Of a stretch of DNA of 64,000 bases, positions 62,633-64,000 are shown piece after piece. This stretch comes from Narcine bancroftii (taxonomy: Eukaryota): assembly GCF_036971445.1 (NCBI RefSeq), contig NC_091471.1, positions 45,074,001 through 45,138,000 of the forward strand. The letters are read 5' to 3'. Below the pieces are notes generated by a model. That model searched no databases, was not told the DNA's origin, and saw only the letters and a list, made by a program, of their open reading frames with translations. The position numbers were made by a program, and so were the translations under genes. Position 1 is the first letter of the stretch. Each line of letters opens with the position of its first letter.

Positions 62633-64000
62633 TGTGGCGAGCTGCAGTGCAAACAAACAAGCACAAACAGCAAGAAGGCTTTAATCAGCTTAAACTTACA
62701 CACCAGGTCTCTGTAGCCCCTGACTCCATGTGTCCGACTGCTTCCAAAGAGGCCAGTTCGACTCTTTAGATGGGCCAGTGATTGACAGCAGACAGGTGAG
62801 GCCAGCCTCCCAGGTTTCCTATCTTCAGGTACAGTAGTTGCCCTCTGCAGTAGGCTGGTAGGAGTTTGACCAGTGTAGTGGTTGTTTCACCACATTCACC
62901 CCTCCCCACTTCCCCCTTTTGTTCAGATATCTCACATGTTCCCCCACACCTTGATGAAGGGCTCAAACCTGAAACATTGGTGATGTATCTTTACTTTTGC
63001 TACAATAAGTGTACTCTTTGGCCTGCTGATTTTCTCCAGTGTTTGTGTGTTTTCTCACTTAACTACAGTGTCAACAGAATCCTGTGTTCTACCTTCTTCT
63101 TCATGGAAGGCAGCAGTCCCTTGAAGTTGATGCTGAGTTGCTCAAAACGCCAGGTGGCTTTTACTATGTGGGCCTGTGGTGGGTGGAAGAAACACGGTTT
63201 GCTCGCCGCACAGATCCTGCAGGACTCTGTCATGGTCTGGACTTCTTGGGCAGTGAAAGGGAGGTTCCGGGACTTTACAAAGTGGTACAGGCACATGATG
63301 CCCAGGTGGAAAAGGGTGTTGTGCAGTGCCTGCAGATGTTCGGACTGCGCATTGGGGCAGGTCTGGGATAGGGCTTCGGGGGCATCATTGAACTTCCCCG
63401 GCCTATAATGGATGTCATAGCTGAAGGTGGCCGGCTCAACTCTCCAGCGCAAGATCTTGTCATTTTTGATCTTCACTCTGTGGGTGGTGCTTAACATGAA
63501 CGCCACTGCACACTGGTCTCTGAGAAGGGTGAACCTGCTGCCTGCCAGGTAGTGGTGCCAGTGGCGGACTGCTTCCACAATCACTTGGCGTCCATTTCAA
63601 TGGTGGAATGTCTGAGCTCTGAGTCGTGCAGGGTCCTGGAGGAAAGCCCATGGGTCTGCCCCTTTGGTTGAGGCTGGCAGCAGGGGCAACATTAGTGGCA
63701 TCACACTCCACCTGTGATGGGGTGTCCTTGTCCACGGCATGCATCATGACATTAGCATTGTCTTGTCTGATGCTGGCAAAGACTGCTTGTGCCTCTGTGA
63801 GGAGGGGAAAGGTGATGGCTTGGGCCAGTGGGAAGACCTTGTCTGAGAAGCGGGGGACCCACTGGGTGTAATAAGAGAAGAGCCCAAGGCACCTACGGAG
63901 GGCATTGAATGTGTGGGGGAGGGGAAATTCCATCAGTGGATGCATGTGTTCGGGGTCAGGGCAGATGACATCATGTTCCATGAGGTGGGTGGTGCTGAAC
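62633..64000 (-). mobile_element. Related Gypsy element on the opposite strand: 3' LTR 62633-62894, PPT and pol remnant running off the window
   Basis: LTR TGTGG...CCACA; minus-strand PPT GTGGGGAGGGGTGAA; ORFs 63063-63584 and 63460-63981 (RCLGLFSYY, KIKNDKILRWR, integrase H/C zinc motif). Confidence 0.85.
62915..63092 (+). repeat. Penelope-derived repeat with the best-preserved hammerhead-like motif (62947-62982)
   Basis: CACC-TTGATGA-AGG(gctcaaa)CCT-GAAA-CA-TT-GGTG, followed by cctgctgattttctccag. Confidence 0.65.

Overview
Vertebrate nuclear DNA, most likely from a cartilaginous fish; this is inferred from the repeat set of CR1, Rex1/Babar, RTE, V-SINE and Penelope-derived repeats. The window is mostly a pile of transposable-element remains and no host protein-coding gene can be supported. 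Main content: (i) three tRNA-Trp-primed Gypsy LTR elements plus two further Gypsy copies facing each other at the right end; (ii) a ~17.7 kb BEL/Pao element inserted in a Rex1 LINE, itself carrying a tRNA-Leu-primed Gypsy (with a CR1 inside), an L1/Tx1 fragment and a long CR1 with an SGNH-esterase ORF1; (iii) young RTE LINEs with clear target-site duplications; (iv) DNA transposon remnants (pogo/Tigger/Tc2-like, hAT-like, PIF/Harbinger, Chapaev3-like); (v) Penelope-derived repeats with degenerate minimal hammerhead-ribozyme motifs. The most unusual structures are two inverted duplications that each include a TE terminus plus outside flank (13470-14888 and 24765-27246), and a CpG-rich unique patch ending in a perfect splice donor (about 20900-21184). 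No convincing novel biological system was found. All family names come from motif recognition, not database searches, and many boundaries are approximate.
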